Shown: positions 13,506 to 25,570, counted from the stretch's first letter. The stretch: DNA of 52,542 nucleotides from Thelocarpon superellum (GCA_026025795.1 JAPEUG010000007.1:62001-114542), one strand, 5' to 3'. The notes: generated by a model from the letters alone, not told the origin. Numbers and translations are program-made.

Positions 13506-15358
13506 TTACAACGAGCGCATCTCATATGCCGGCGGCGGTGAGTCGTCCCGAGCACCGTCCTGCCAGAAGCTAGAGGATGCCGCGGACTTTTCGGCCTGCG
13601 CCCGTCGGGCCAGCTCGCTCGCCATCTTCATCATCCACGCCTGCTCGAGGATGCCGCCCGGGAAATTCTCCGTGGTCGGCATCGGCATCGGCATCGGCAT
13701 CGGCATCGGCATCGGCATCGGCATCGGCAATCCGGCCATGGATGGCGGAGACCCAGCCTTCTCTGACGAAAGGGATGGTACCATCGTCCGCGTGCGCGCC
13801 TTCTCCAGGTGCTCCGGGGAGGTCTGCGTGCCTTGCTGGACCCTCGATCCCGTCTGGGCGGGCTTGCGTGTCGGAGTGACCGGTCGCAGCTTCGGCGGGG
13901 AGCCACCCAGGTCGATACTCCCTGGACTGTTGTGAAATCTGACCTTCGCGTGCGGCGTCGATGGAGGCGTCACCACCTCCTCGTCTCTTCTCGGCAGAGA
14001 GGCAGGGATGGGGACGGGCGCCACCAGGGGCTCGCTGGGCTGATCGGGGGACGTGGGCTGTGCCGTATCCTTCTGGCCATCATCCGACTTGGTCCGTCGA
14101 AGGTTGATGACGCGCGTCTTCTTGGTTTTCTTGCTCGCGTGGCTTCGGCCGTGTCGTCCGGCACCAAAGGCAAAGCCGCCTGTGGACGCGAAGCTTCCCA
14201 AAGGCGGCCGTGAGGGCGACATTCGGTCGGAGGTTTCCGAGTAGGTAGAGGATATGCTGGTGCTAGAGCTGTGCCACGGCGCTCGAACGAAGGCTGAGAG
14301 CGTGGGGGTGAGGGGTGTGCTGGCCCCCAAGCTATCGCTCCGTTCGCCACATCCGGCCCACGCACGAAAGACGGCGTCACGGATGGAGGGGGTGAAGAGG
14401 GAGAGCGTCCGGTGAGAGTTGGTCAAGGCCGCCAAGCGCAGGAGATTCTTCTGTGAGAATTGTGGCTGCGTCTCCGATCCCGTGGCGTCAAGGGACATGG
14501 ACGAGACGCCTGCCGGGTCCATGGCCACCGGTTCTTGAGGGGGGCTGGCGAGTGGATCGACCGGGATCTCATTCTCGCCGCGCGGCGCGCTGGAGCGGGC
14601 GCATTCCTCGTCTTCCCGGGCACGATATTCCGGCACCCACAGACGGAGCGAGAGGCGGTGGATGATGGCCGGGACATCCTCCATCAGCAAATCCCGGAGC
14701 TGGGCTTCGATCTCCTTTTGAAGATAGTCGCGGACAAAGGGGATCGAGTCGAAGGTCGACGAGACCTTTAATGATTCCAGTGGGTCGTTTCGAAACACGA
14801 GGGTCAGTCCTTTTTGCTTGGAGAAGACCAGGATGATAAAGGCCGATAGTTTGATGTCTGAAAGGGTGATTTGGAGTGGAATCGTCAGGCCGGATCTAGT
14901 AGTCTCACGTATCAAAATGAGTGTTCGGGAGAGGGGGCTTGGCCATTTGACTTACGATGCGGCCAGCGGCTGTGGGGACGTGAAGGAGGGTTTCGACGAC
15001 AGGTAGGTGTTAAGCGGATTAGCCTAAGGAGTCACGTCAATATGAGCCTCTGCGGCCGTGCATGACCGTATCCAGAGCCACCTTGGCTCACCTGGACTCG
15101 CGTTTTGAGCGTCAGGAAGGCGTCGCCCGAGTAGCACATTTTGAAGATGCCTCGGAACCGATCCTCGGCCAGGTCTCCAATCTCCAGGATTTCCAGCTCC
15201 GGCGGAATGGAGCCGAGGTTCAGCTCATTGACGAGGATGTCGTCGACGATAATGGGCGGCTTCGGGGCCTTATTGAGGGCCGTGGTCAAGAGCTCCTTGG
15301 CGCGGGAGTAGAAGGAGGCATCGGCCGTCAACGGCGACCAGTTGAAGTTGAACGCCAT
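13506..15358 (-). CDS. MDM34: ERMES complex subunit Mdm34 (SMP domain), 3 exons
   Basis: [74 protein letters not shown]..., [34 protein letters not shown], and a C-terminal PPPAY. Confidence 0.97.
13675..13728. repeat. (ATCGGC)n hexamer repeat encoding (PM)n in Mdm34
   Basis: Eight perfect copies at 13681-13728 plus one variant copy. Confidence 0.95.
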
Positions 15359-16088
15359 GATGCGGGAGAATCGACGCGGGAGCCGAAACCGACGATCCTA
15401 GATGAGTCTGAGGCGGTGGAGATCCGCGGACCGAAGTCTCGACCGTCCGACGCGGTCGCGTGGGATGGCTTTCGATCGTGTGATGATGTGGATCACACCC
15501 CCGTCGCCTCATAGACGAGTTTTCACGGGAGCCCGCGACCGGCAAGGAACTGTAATCCCCACGGGACGCTTCAAGACCTTACAGAAGCTCCGACTCGATA
15601 GTGGCAGGCCCAGGCAGATGTCTGCGGCTGGGAAGTAGATGACGGATGGCCTTAAGGACAATTAGGAGACGATGAGTGGAAGTGGTCCTTGCGTCACAAC
15701 ATTCCTAATCGATCAGGCACGAGGGCAAAAACAGGGCAAAAGGCGCCTCGGTAGCCTCTACGGTGGACGATAGACACACAGCCTGCCGAATGAATCCCGG
15801 ACTGTCCCGGATCGTCCCAAACAGGCGGTTTCGCCGCGACTAACTGCTGTACTTCCGTGCAGCGTGACCATCCTTCTCTGGAACCGTCTTGATAAGGCGA
15901 GCAATCCAATGACAATCGCATTCAGTCATGCCGCGGGTATGCATAGCTATCTCCCCCTCCGACAGCTTGTAAATTAGATTATTACGCTGCACTAGAATCG
16001 CTGTTCCAAGACCCGACCCAACAAGTGTACATGGTGAAGTTGAAGGCGAAGGTGCACACCCCCGGATCTCTCTTGCCCGTTCCAGCCA

Positions 16089-17600
16089 CTAGCCTCGTAG
16101 GGTGGTCTTTTTCTGGTTCCTCCTCTGCTCCTTCTCCCGTTCCTTCTCCAAATATTTGCGTTGCTCGTCCGCGTTGAGGCCGTTGAGCTTCGCGTCGCGC
16201 TTCTCCTTCTTCTCCTTGTCGCGCTTAGTCGACCGCTCTTCGGCCTTCTCCTCGTCCTCCAAGCGCTGCAGCTTCCGAATCTGCTCCTCGCGCGTCTGGC
16301 GTACCTTCCGTAACGCTTCGGGTCGGAAGTGGGCCGATGACACCAAGAAGTCGGGCAGGCGGATGAAATGCTGGAAGATGGGCAGGGTCGGTTCGAAGTC
16401 CGCCGACGATGGCACGCGGAGCGAAAGGAACACCCGTTTCTTCGGCACCGTCTCTTCGAGTCTGGCCGATGCGTTAGCGTGGCTGACCAGGATCAAGATG
16501 CGGCACGAGCACGGACTTGGTGGGCTTGTCCAGCGGCTGATCCGAGACGATGAGATATTCCAGTAGCTCGCCCGCCACCTTGACCGCTTCGATCAGTTGC
16601 GGGGTGAGCAGCGCGTCCGTGACCTCGGCGCTCTCGGTCATGACCGTCGCCCAGGTTGGAAGCTTCGGGTTGTCTCTGGTGGTGGTTAAAGACACATCGT
16701 ATCGCTCCTCGCGCAGCTGCTTCATGATATCTTTGTGAACGACGGCCCAGACGAAGCCGTCATAGGTGGAGGATGAGGATGCCCGGCGTTGCTCCGCGAT
16801 CTCCTGCCCCTGCTTGCCGCCGCTAACGGGCACCAGCTCGGCTTCCTTGCCATCAAAGGCATACGTAACAGCATCCATGCGCTGCACGGGCGTGGGGAAG
16901 CTATCGAAGAAGAAACTCAGGCCATACTCGGCGCCGAGGGCCAAAGGATTGTATCGTTTGAGCATCGTGAGGGTGATGTCGGTGAAGGCGGCATTCATTC
17001 GGCCGGTGGCGTACGTCGCCCATTCTTGCGCCGTCTTTTCCTTGAGCAGCTCCTTGGGAAGTTCCAGCTCATCGCTGATCATTGCCTTGGCCAGTCCCTC
17101 GGATTCGACCTCGTCGATGGTCGGCGCCCGTCGGCCCCCAAAGCCCACCACGGCATATTCCTGTTGGAGGATGGGCGCATGGGCGACCATCCACTTCTTG
17201 GCGATGCGGCGATTGGTGCGCGATCCCCAGAGATGGAAGATGATGGCCAAAATGATGAAGGGGATCACGAACGCCTCTTGTACAAAATCTTTGGGCGACG
17301 TCCGTTCCCAGACGCGGTACCACTTGGTGTAAGGCAGCGCGCCGGCTGACCCGGTGGCGAACGCCGGCTGGCCCCCAGCAGCAGAAGCTGTCACTGGTAG
17401 TATCGAGACCGGCGTGGGATCTGGGGCCCCGGCAAAGTCCGCGAAGTCTGCCACGACGTTTCACTCGATCAGCGAACCGTTCACAGTTGTCGCGACAGCG
17501 ACCGTGGCACATCTTGGGTCGCACCTGCATCGTCGGCCGAGGGGACGGGCGAAGGTGCCGCCTTTGACCCGCCAAAGAATTGATTGAAAAGTCCCTCCAT
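16089..17600 (-). CDS. DUF1682 / CCDC47-like ER membrane protein (PAT complex subunit), 3 exons
   Basis: Exon 1 MEGLFNQFFGGSKAAPSPVPSADDA joins DFADFAGAPDP; TM helix followed by HLWGSRTNRRIAKKW, YATGR, FVWAVVHK, YLIVSDQPLDKP and a charged tail LNADEQRKYLEKERE. Confidence 0.88.
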
Positions 17601-18031
17601 CGTCAAGTAGAGCGCGCCCGGGGCGATTGCTATCTGGTTGGACAGTAGAGCTCGCGTTGACGCAGAGCTCGAGGATTCGAGTGGAAGAATTCGAGGAAAT
17701 TACGGTGACCCATTACTGCATAGTGTACAACGTCCGGGGTCTGCGTACAGTATCGCTTAGCCACCATTTCGGCAGTATTGCATCGGCCTCATCGGCCTCG
17801 TCCTCGCTCGGGTCCAGAAGACAGGCTGCAACACGAAGAACACAGGCTCCCGCATACGATTCATGCGATGGGATGTACGTGAGGCAGATGGGTAGATAGG
17901 AGCGCGATGCTTGATCTCGAGGAACTGTGCTACTCGTCCTGTTCGTTCTATATCTGTTCCACAGCCCTCTCTATCCACCTTCCTTGCTCCCGACGAATGG
18001 CTATGCCTCTCCCTTGGACTGTTCTTCGCCA

Positions 18032-18702
18032 TCAACTTTGGCCGAACCAGGTCTTGTGGCCCTGGATCAACGTTTGAGTCAGCAACGGCTCGGAACCTAC
18101 GTGCTTTGCACTCGGCGAAGAAGGGTGAGTCACTCACCAGAACGAGACGACCCATCATGTACATCGATCCTGTCGGACAGCATCGTCAGTTGCGCCCTCT
18201 CTTGGGCGATCGTGTAATGTCATGCGCCTGATATCATGCAGGCATGGGGAAGCTTCCGACGTACCAGCGAAACCACCGAAAAGGATCGTGTAGTAGGGGT
18301 ACAACATGAAAGGGCTTCTCGGGGTCTAGTGTTGATGAAGAGTCAGCAGCTGCTTCGTTGCGCGACTTAGGCATAGATGCTCGACATGGTACGGAGTGAG
18401 ACGTTGCCGTCTCGAGTAGTAGTATTGACGAATGCCATCCACAGCGTACGCGTGAGACCATGCGAATCGCTCACCTTATTCCATTGCCGTACGCCATCAT
18501 GCTTCTGGAACAACCGCTGATAGTGCGGGACATGATTGTTTCGATACACGAATCTGCAACGGTCGAGAAGGGTCAGCCCTCGGATGAGCCGGCAATGACC
18601 GACGGACGGTAGTCAACGACCGAGGTGAAGGGCAGCATGTTGAGAGACCAAAGCCGATGGATTGATCATCGCATGAAGAGATGTTTTCACCTACCCTGCC
18701 AT
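18032..18702 (-). CDS. COX7: Cytochrome c oxidase subunit VII (COX7/COX7A family), 69 aa, 5 exons
   Basis: Spliced product MAGFVYRNNHVPHYQRLFQKHDGVRQWNKTPRSPFMLYPYYTILFGGFAGSMYMMGRLVLGHKTWFGQS, with GT-AG junctions at all four introns. Confidence 0.85.
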
Positions 18703-18958
18703 TGCGACCGGATCAGACCCTGCCGATTGAGCTGCGGATATGAGAGCGGATTGAGGAAGGGCGTGGGTGACAACAGGTCGACGCTTCGTGATGATCTTCG
18801 TGTCGTCGGCTTGCCGAAGAGACGCTGACTAAGACCATCGCCCTCTAAACCGCTCGACAGCATCTATGGAGGACACTATGAGCTTTGGCAACACCATGAG
18901 ACGCTGCGAAGCTGCTGCCACCCTTGACTCATCGCGCTGAGCTGGCTGCCTACAGCTC

Positions 18959-21349
18959 ATGCGTTCAATCTTGCGGCAAATTGATCGGAACCTCGTCACG
19001 TCCTTAGGACTTGCTCGTAAAGCGTACAGCCGTCTTCCGAATCGAGATTCTCCTTCACGATTCATCTGCCCGTCATGTCGCGCCCTTTTGTCCAGCCACA
19101 AGGGCGAAGTGATCGAGCAAACGCGCGGGTTCCGATCATCAGCCAGCAGGCTTCAAGAGCGGCCTTCTCACGATACGCTCCTGGCTCCTGCCCGCACCGC
19201 CGATGACCCAGCGCTCCCGCACCTCCGCCTTGCTTCCTTCACCCAACTGGACTATGAGTCCGATCTCGTACAAGCCGACAATGGACAGCGACGCCTGATA
19301 GATGATCCGTCATACCGAAACAATGTCAACTTCTTGGCGTCCTTGTTACAATTCCGACGGCGTATCTACGGAAAAGAAGGGACCCGAACCATCTGGCACG
19401 GCATCCAGCGGCGTGAAATATTCGTGCCGATGACTGGAGAAGCTGGAAGCTACTTGTGGGAGGCTTTCCTTCAGTTGGGGTTTCGCGATGATTTGATCTT
19501 GCAGCAATTGTACCAGCGCGCCGTCCTAACATTCAAGGACTTGCCTGAAGCCTGGAGAAGCTTCTACGAAGCGATCATCGGACACTTTCTCGCCACCTCA
19601 CCAACCACGGCATACCAATGGCACAAGCGACTCGAGACACAAGGTCCGCTCGCGTCCGATAATCTGAGTCGGCTCGCGAAGATCGCGTTCCGAACGACGG
19701 ACTCATCCCGTATCTTTCGGCACATCTACCTTGATTCGCGCGCCCGCGACCTGTACTCCGCCATCGTTCCACACCTATGCGCCGAAGAACAGTTCGATGT
19801 TGCGTACCGATGGCACAAGCTCCTTCTGGACCATGGGGATCTTCCCTCTAGCTCGGATGTCGTTGAACCGCTGATGAACTACCTCTCGCTGTACGGCCAA
19901 GTCCCTCAGCTTGAAACGGTCACGCGAGGCTTGATCGATGTTGGTGTCCCTTTCGCGAGCTCCACGTCGAAATTCATCCAGGCCCCTTCCATGAGCTCGA
20001 GCGAGCTGATCAGTCGCGCTTTTGGCGAAACCTTTTCCATCCCACCCAAGCCCTACAACGACGACTTCTGTGCGCGCCTCTTTGCCACCACGTCCTTCTC
20101 GGTCAACATGATTATCAGTGGGATGCAAATGCTTGGAGTCGAGAGAATTGGGCCCAAAGCTTTACGGGAACTTGCGGTGCGCGACGTCAACCCGGAAGCC
20201 ATCCTGCAACGGATCCGTCGGTTGCAACATGCGCAAATATCCATCGGCTCGTCCAAGTTTTCCCGCCTCATAGAGCATTGCGCCTCGGAGGGGAAACAGG
20301 ACCTTCTCGTCGCCCTTCTCACTGGCGATCAACACCCTGACACGTACGAGGACCAAGACCTGCAAGAGTCGCTGCTGGCGTCATACATCCAAGCAGAAGA
20401 TTGGAGAAGCGTCGACACCTCCTTGGCCATTTTGACTAGCTTTACGAACCAGCCCAACGTCGAGCGTTGGAACCTCGTCCTCCGGGCCCATCTCTCGCTC
20501 CGAAACCTGGATGCGTGCAAGAAGACCATGGACGACATGCGGCTTGCTAGCGTCGTTGTTACATTTCGCTCGAGACGAACTCTCCTCCAAACCATCTTGC
20601 GGGCCCGTCGACCGGGCAAGAACCCAAAGACGACCTCGGAAGTACCAGATGATCTCGGCTTCGTCACACGCATCCTGATGAGCGTCATGGAGGCGGGTAC
20701 TACGATTGGTCCATTCACATGGAAGGAGATCCTGCGAAGGCTAGGACAAACCGGACGCCTTGACGAGCTCGAACGACTCAGCCTATGGCTTGCATTGTAC
20801 TACAATCCGACACTCGCAGGCCCCCTGGAGACCAGTCTTGCGCCACGACGGATGAGCGCGATGCCAGGGCGACCAGCTCTGGGAGTGCCAAAGACGATCT
20901 CGAGCTCGCATCCTTCCCATCCGCTGCGGATCTTGTTTCCGCCCAGCTTCCAACGAGCCGTCATCGCCTGGGGATTTCTCGACCCGGTGCTCAGAACAGA
21001 GTCTCCCTCGCGCACTCTGCTCCACGAGCAAGCCAGCAACACGCAAGCTCACCGGCCTTGGACCCGGGGCTTGCTCCTTCTCAAAGCGCTACGAGCGCGA
21101 GGTGTCTATGTGGAAACAGCCGTGGTGCGAAAGGCGTATCAGCAACGGCTCAGGATCTTGTATGGTCCCGGACGGTCGAAGGTGCCCCGCAACCACCGGG
21201 CACGCAAGCTCAATGACGTGCCCCTTCGCGTGATGATGGAAGATGCGCGACACGTGTGGGGTCGGAAACTGCTGCAAGGACTCTCTATCCCGCCTCCGCC
21301 TCGAAGTCTCTCCCCGGCGGAGGGAGTAGGTCCTCCACACATTGCGTGA
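18959..21349 (+). CDS. Mitochondrial pentatricopeptide-repeat-like protein, 796 aa, intronless
   Basis: Arg/Ser-rich presequence-like N-terminus; helical repeats (LYSAIVPHLC, WNLVLRAHL, WKEILRRLGQTGRLDELERL); DDFCARLFAT and HPLRILFP motifs recalled from a Pezizomycotina PPR family. Confidence 0.75.
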   Translation: MRSILRQIDRNLVTSLGLARKAYSRLPNRDSPSRFICPSCRALLSSHKGEVIEQTRGFRSSASRLQERPSHDTLLAPARTADDPALPHLRLASFTQLDYESDLVQADNGQRRLIDDPSYRNNVNFLASLLQFRRRIYGKEGTRTIWHGIQRREIFVPMTGEAGSYLWEAFLQLGFRDDLILQQLYQRAVLTFKDLPEAWRSFYEAIIGHFLATSPTTAYQWHKRLETQGPLASDNLSRLAKIAFRTTDSSRIFRHIYLDSRARDLYSAIVPHLCAEEQFDVAYRWHKLLLDHGDLPSSSDVVEPLMNYLSLYGQVPQLETVTRGLIDVGVPFASSTSKFIQAPSMSSSELISRAFGETFSIPPKPYNDDFCARLFATTSFSVNMIISGMQMLGVERIGPKALRELAVRDVNPEAILQRIRRLQHAQISIGSSKFSRLIEHCASEGKQDLLVALLTGDQHPDTYEDQDLQESLLASYIQAEDWRSVDTSLAILTSFTNQPNVERWNLVLRAHLSLRNLDACKKTMDDMRLASVVVTFRSRRTLLQTILRARRPGKNPKTTSEVPDDLGFVTRILMSVMEAGTTIGPFTWKEILRRLGQTGRLDELERLSLWLALYYNPTLAGPLETSLAPRRMSAMPGRPALGVPKTISSSHPSHPLRILFPPSFQRAVIAWGFLDPVLRTESPSRTLLHEQASNTQAHRPWTRGLLLLKALRARGVYVETAVVRKAYQQRLRILYGPGRSKVPRNHRARKLNDVPLRVMMEDARHVWGRKLLQGLSIPPPPRSLSPAEGVGPPHIA

Positions 21350-22358
21350 GGCCGTGAAGGCCAGACACGCCGTCCCTGCATCGTGAGTTAGCTCCTCTCA
21401 CTACACGGGGAGAAAGAGAATGTATATCGCTCTAGAGATGAACAAGATGTCGGAACGCAAGTGAAGCAATCATGCCGCCGACAGTCTACCAACTTCCTCC
21501 TACATCGGCCATCGTATCGTTCACAGCTAGTGACTGTCTCTCTTACGATTGTCCGTGCCCGGCGCCAGCCGCTCACAAATCGCACTAACAGCCCGCGCTA
21601 AATCTCGACGCCAGGTAAAGTCGTGCACTGGCAACGCTTGAATCACGTGAACGCTAGTCCCAATCTCGTAACATGTTGTCACTCGCGACGGCCACCCCCC
21701 CTTCACACCCGCCATCACCGCCCCCACCTGCCAGGCCATGATGTGGTAGCCCTACGCGGCGTCACCCCGGGCGGAAAGAGAGTCTAACGAGCCTCTCGCT
21801 TGATGGCGGTGATCAAGCTTTTTGACACTGCTGCTGCTGCTGCTGCTGCTGCCGCACACCCAGTTTCCTCTTCTACGTCAGATCGGCGAGCTCTTCAGCC
21901 CTGCTGAGCTGCTTCGTCTTCTTCTCAAGCTTCCGGCTGCTCCGTTCTCTCCGATCTGCAGACACGTCGGTCCCTGTCTGTGCCCGGCCTCGTGGATGGT
22001 CTTCGGGCGAGCCTTCTCTTCCCGCCGCGGACGCTCTTCTCCTCGTCCGCCTGCCGCACCGGAGATTACTGCTATTCTTTCTCCCCCCCTTCCCTCGTCT
22101 GAGACTGCATGAGCACGCCCGCGTGTGGCCGCTGACCTGGCGGGTCGACCGCCGCTTTCCTTCCATCTCTCGTCCAGCTTCTTCCACCTCCTCAGGTAAG
22201 TTGGTGAGATTCCTCGTCTCCGTCGGACTGAGTTCTATTGCTGATTGGCCCTGCAGCGTCAAAGATTGCAGTCGGTCTTCCACACAGGCCCTACTGGGCT
22301 CGTCTCGAGCCAGAAACACCTCCATCTGAGATTGCATCAACCCCGTCCCTTCCGGATC

Positions 22359-24605
22359 ATGCACCGTACCACGTCTCAGGCTAGCGGCATGGGCCTGCCA
22401 CCCGCCCGCAAGAAGATGACGACGTACGGAAAGAAGAAGGCGTCCATCAAGAACCGCCTCGAGTCGATCTTCGATAAGATCTCGCCGGCAAAGCCGCGCA
22501 AATCCACGCCGGGCCAGGATGCCGAGGCTCTCGCTCCATCCTCCTCTTCCCTGAGAGCCCCGCCTGCGGGCTTTGACGGCCCCGATGAGCGCCCCCTCTC
22601 CATGGACGCGGGCAATCAGAAGCAACCTCATTCCCCCAAGACAACTGCGAGACTTTCCGTCATCATCTCTCCTAAGGGCAGCCCTGCTGCGAGGGATGGT
22701 CGTCGGGACGCCGTCGTCCTCTCCCCGAGCGTGTCCCTCACCTCACTCTCAAGGCTCAGCCTTCACTCTCCGGGATCGAGCCCGACCCAAGCCGACGCTC
22801 TCCAATCGAGCGCACGACTCATCGTTGGAGTCCTCGAGTCCGCCGCTGCGGACGACCGACCCGGCGACGCCTCGACTCCGTCTGTTGCTCCGCAGACTCC
22901 CAAGCCGGCCAAGGGAAAGGGAAAGGCCGATGCTATGGATGAGGAGGATGGCGATCCAGATGTGGCCCTATCCAGCCACCGGAGAGTTCGGAAAGTCATC
23001 AGCGTCGCGGCGAGTCCGCGAACTCCCGGCCAGTCCCTTCCGGCGTCTCCCACGCCCGTTCGCAGCCATCGCCGAAGCCGACATCAGTCAATGACGCCAG
23101 AGGTCCAGGCTTTCGGTCGCTATCGCAGCCTCCGTCCGCGTCTGGCGGTACAGCTCCGTCCCATCGCCGACGTCACGCAGCCCCCTACCAGCGGGGCGAG
23201 ACGCATCAAGTTTCTGCAGCCTCTGCTACGCCACTCGAATGAGCCTACGCATCGCGACGGGCCTGTGGGCTTCGACCAATGGGCAGAGCGGATCTCGGCT
23301 CGATTCTTGATCCAGAAGATTGCCGAAGCCTCCTACGGCGAGGTGTATCGCTTGAGCTATCGTGACAATCCGGACAGTCCGGTCCTGCTCGAGTCGATCC
23401 TGAAGGTCGTTGCCCTCAAGCCACAGAAGGGCACTGGGCCGAGAAAGTTGAAGACGGGGCACATGAGCGCCGTGCAGGATGTCGCCATGGAAGTGGAGAA
23501 CCTGCTCCGGCTGAACGAAATCCCGGGCTTCACCAACTTTCGCGACGTCTTCGTCCTCAGCGGTCGCATGCCACAGCGGTTTGTCGAGGCCTGGATGACG
23601 TACGTGTCTAATGGAGCAGAGACCCTCTTCCCGGACCCGTCGGACGAGTCGAGCTATGCCGAGGACCAGCTCTGGGCAGTCATCGAGATGGAGAACGCCG
23701 GGACGGACATGGACCGCATTCGTCTGCGGACGGACCTGCAGGTCTGGGATGTGTTCTGGGGCGTCGCGATTGCGCTGGCAAAAGCCGAAGAGACGGTCGA
23801 TTTCGAGGTGGGTCGAGAGACTTCATGCCGGGGGTCGACAGAAGCATACTGACGGTATATCATGATAGCACCGTGATCTGCACCTAGGCAACATCTGTGT
23901 TAGACCAGCGTACGGAGATAGCCTGGGCCTCAACATGCCTGATGCCGTCTGCGAACCCGTTCGGCGGGGGCAGAAGTTTGGCCTGACCATGCTGCGCACG
24001 ACCATCATCGACTACAACCTGTCGCGGAGCCTGATGGACGACGGTACGGAGACACAGCTGGTCCACTATGACCTGGAGAAGGACGAAGAGTTGTTCCAGG
24101 GACGTGGCGAGTATCAGTATGACGTCTATCGGTAGTGAGTATCGATCAATTCACCCTCATTTTGGCGTCACTGACCGTGTGTTTCAGCATGCGTTTGGCC
24201 GTGGCCGTACCGCAGCCACCGATTCCGCTCCTGGCGTCTGGAGAGCCGGCCAGTACGCCATTGGCCCGCCCTGATTGGAGCCGGTCGCAGCTCTACACCA
24301 ATGTGCTCTGGCTGCACCATCTGCTTGTGCGCCTTCGTGAGCTTCGGACCGCCGAGCCGCCGAAAATGGGTGGTGAGCCGATCGAGGCCGCAGTTATCGT
24401 AGCCGAGCAGGTTGCGGAGCTGCTGCCAGTCATGGAGGCGATTCTGGATCCCCGTGGTCGGACGTCCGTCGACATTCGGTCGGCCAAGGACCTCGTCCTA
24501 TGGGCGATGGGTGCAGGGTACTTGGGCCTGGAAGACGTCATCTCTCCCGAGAACCCGCACTGGCGAGACACGCGACCGCGTCCACTCCATGAGACGCTGG
24601 TCTAG
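22359..24605 (+). CDS. Haspin-family Ser/Thr kinase (Alk1/2, Hrk1-like), 3 exons; start codon uncertain (22359 or 22389)
   Basis: TYGKK N-terminal motif, KIAEASYGEVY, FE/HRDLHLGNICV across the first intron, IIDYNLSR, LFQGRGEYQYDVYR and TNVLWLHHL. Confidence 0.92.
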
Positions 24606-24796
24606 CGAAGGTCAAGTTCGGGACATGGTGGTGTGGCGGTGGGGACGGTTGGGGAGGATGGCAGAAAGGATGCGTGGAAAGGATGGACGGAGGGATTAGG
24701 ACGGCCTTTAAGTAGCTGTACGATAATAATCATACGTTCATTTGATGCGCTGCCGATCCCCCGATGCATGACCGTGAATGCACACAGTGATGCATA

Positions 24797-25072
24797 GTGG
24801 CCGGGCGCCCTTCACAACCCATGCTGCTGTGCACCATGAACATCGGGCGCCCTCCCAGATGTGCTATGTTGTGTTGCCAAATACATCGGGCAATCTTCAT
24901 AAAATCACATATGTCACTACTGAGATATCAGGCATGCTCCTGGGTAATTCTTGGCTAATGCCAACTATCATCGGGCACTCTTCTAGATGGTATGTAGCTA
25001 ATTCCAATCAGTATCGGGCGGTCTTCTTAGACTTTCGAGTCCAACAGTTGTAGATATCGGAAGCGCTTCCTA
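24797..25072. repeat. Phased motif array, block I: 7 units, period 42-43 bp
   Basis: Motif about ATCGGGCnnnCTTC with its anchor C at 24802, 24844, 24887, 24929, 24972, 25015 and 25058; spacers are divergent. Confidence 0.85.
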
Positions 25073-25159
25073 GTATTGGATCACAAACTGGATTGATAAT
25101 CAGCAAGATAACCCCGACGGCCCTCGCAAGAGAGCCAAAATGGACTTCAACGTCCTTTA

Positions 25160-25312
25160 GCTCGACACCAGGCGAATACCCGACGCGCGGGTACGATGAA
25201 GAGTCACGAGCTCGACAACCAGGCGAATACCCGACGCGCGGGTACGATGAAGAGTCACGAGCTCGACAACCAGGCGAATACCCGACGCGCGGGTACGACG
25301 AAAGACTCACGA
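25160..25312. repeat. 51-bp tandem repeat, 3 copies
   Basis: GCTCGACAACCAGGCGAATACCCGACGCGCGGGTACGATGAAGAGTCACGA at 25160, 25210 and 25261; copies near-identical. Confidence 0.97.
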
Positions 25313-25413
25313 GGTTGGCTGTTGATATGGAGGCGGAGGTTGGAACGTGGGCGCTCCGGATGGCGCAGAGGGCTGCACCCTTTTCCTCTTGTTGTGGGCA
25401 CTGTCACGATGTA

Positions 25414-25459
25414 TGACGTCAATTACGTCACGTGACGTCAGTCACGTGGTACACCACGT
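25414..25459. promoter_or_regulatory. Dense cluster of CRE (TGACGTCA) and E-box (CACGTG) palindromes
   Basis: TGACGTCA at 25414 and 25433; 14-bp palindrome ACGTCACGTGACGT at 25425-25438; GTCACGTG at 25441; ACGTGGT/ACCACGT inverted repeat at 25444-25459. Regulatory function is inferred only. Confidence 0.5.
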
Positions 25460-25570
25460 ACCATACATATCGCAGAATCCCCCACGTAGCTAGAATCAAT
25501 CAATCAGACAAAATACACAACAAGATTAGCCCTAAAGAACGTCACAGACGTGACGGTCGTTGCGGAGCCA

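Noticed and set aside
13258..13935. 225-aa plus-strand ORF with a GIGIGI repeat
   Set aside because: Antisense shadow of MDM34 and its hexamer repeat.
21828..21851. (CTG)8 run giving an apparent signal-peptide ORF at 21822
   Set aside because: A microsatellite upstream of haspin; the ORF starts at TTG and has no other coding support.
25008..25435. ORFs 25093-25416, 25008-25310 and 25196-25435 with repeated peptides
   Set aside because: They are by-products of the 51-bp (3x17) tandem repeat being open in several frames; no recognisable domain.
25441..25448. GTCACGTG as a point-centromere CDEI element
   Set aside because: No AT-rich CDEII or CDEIII follows, and point centromeres are not known in filamentous ascomycetes.
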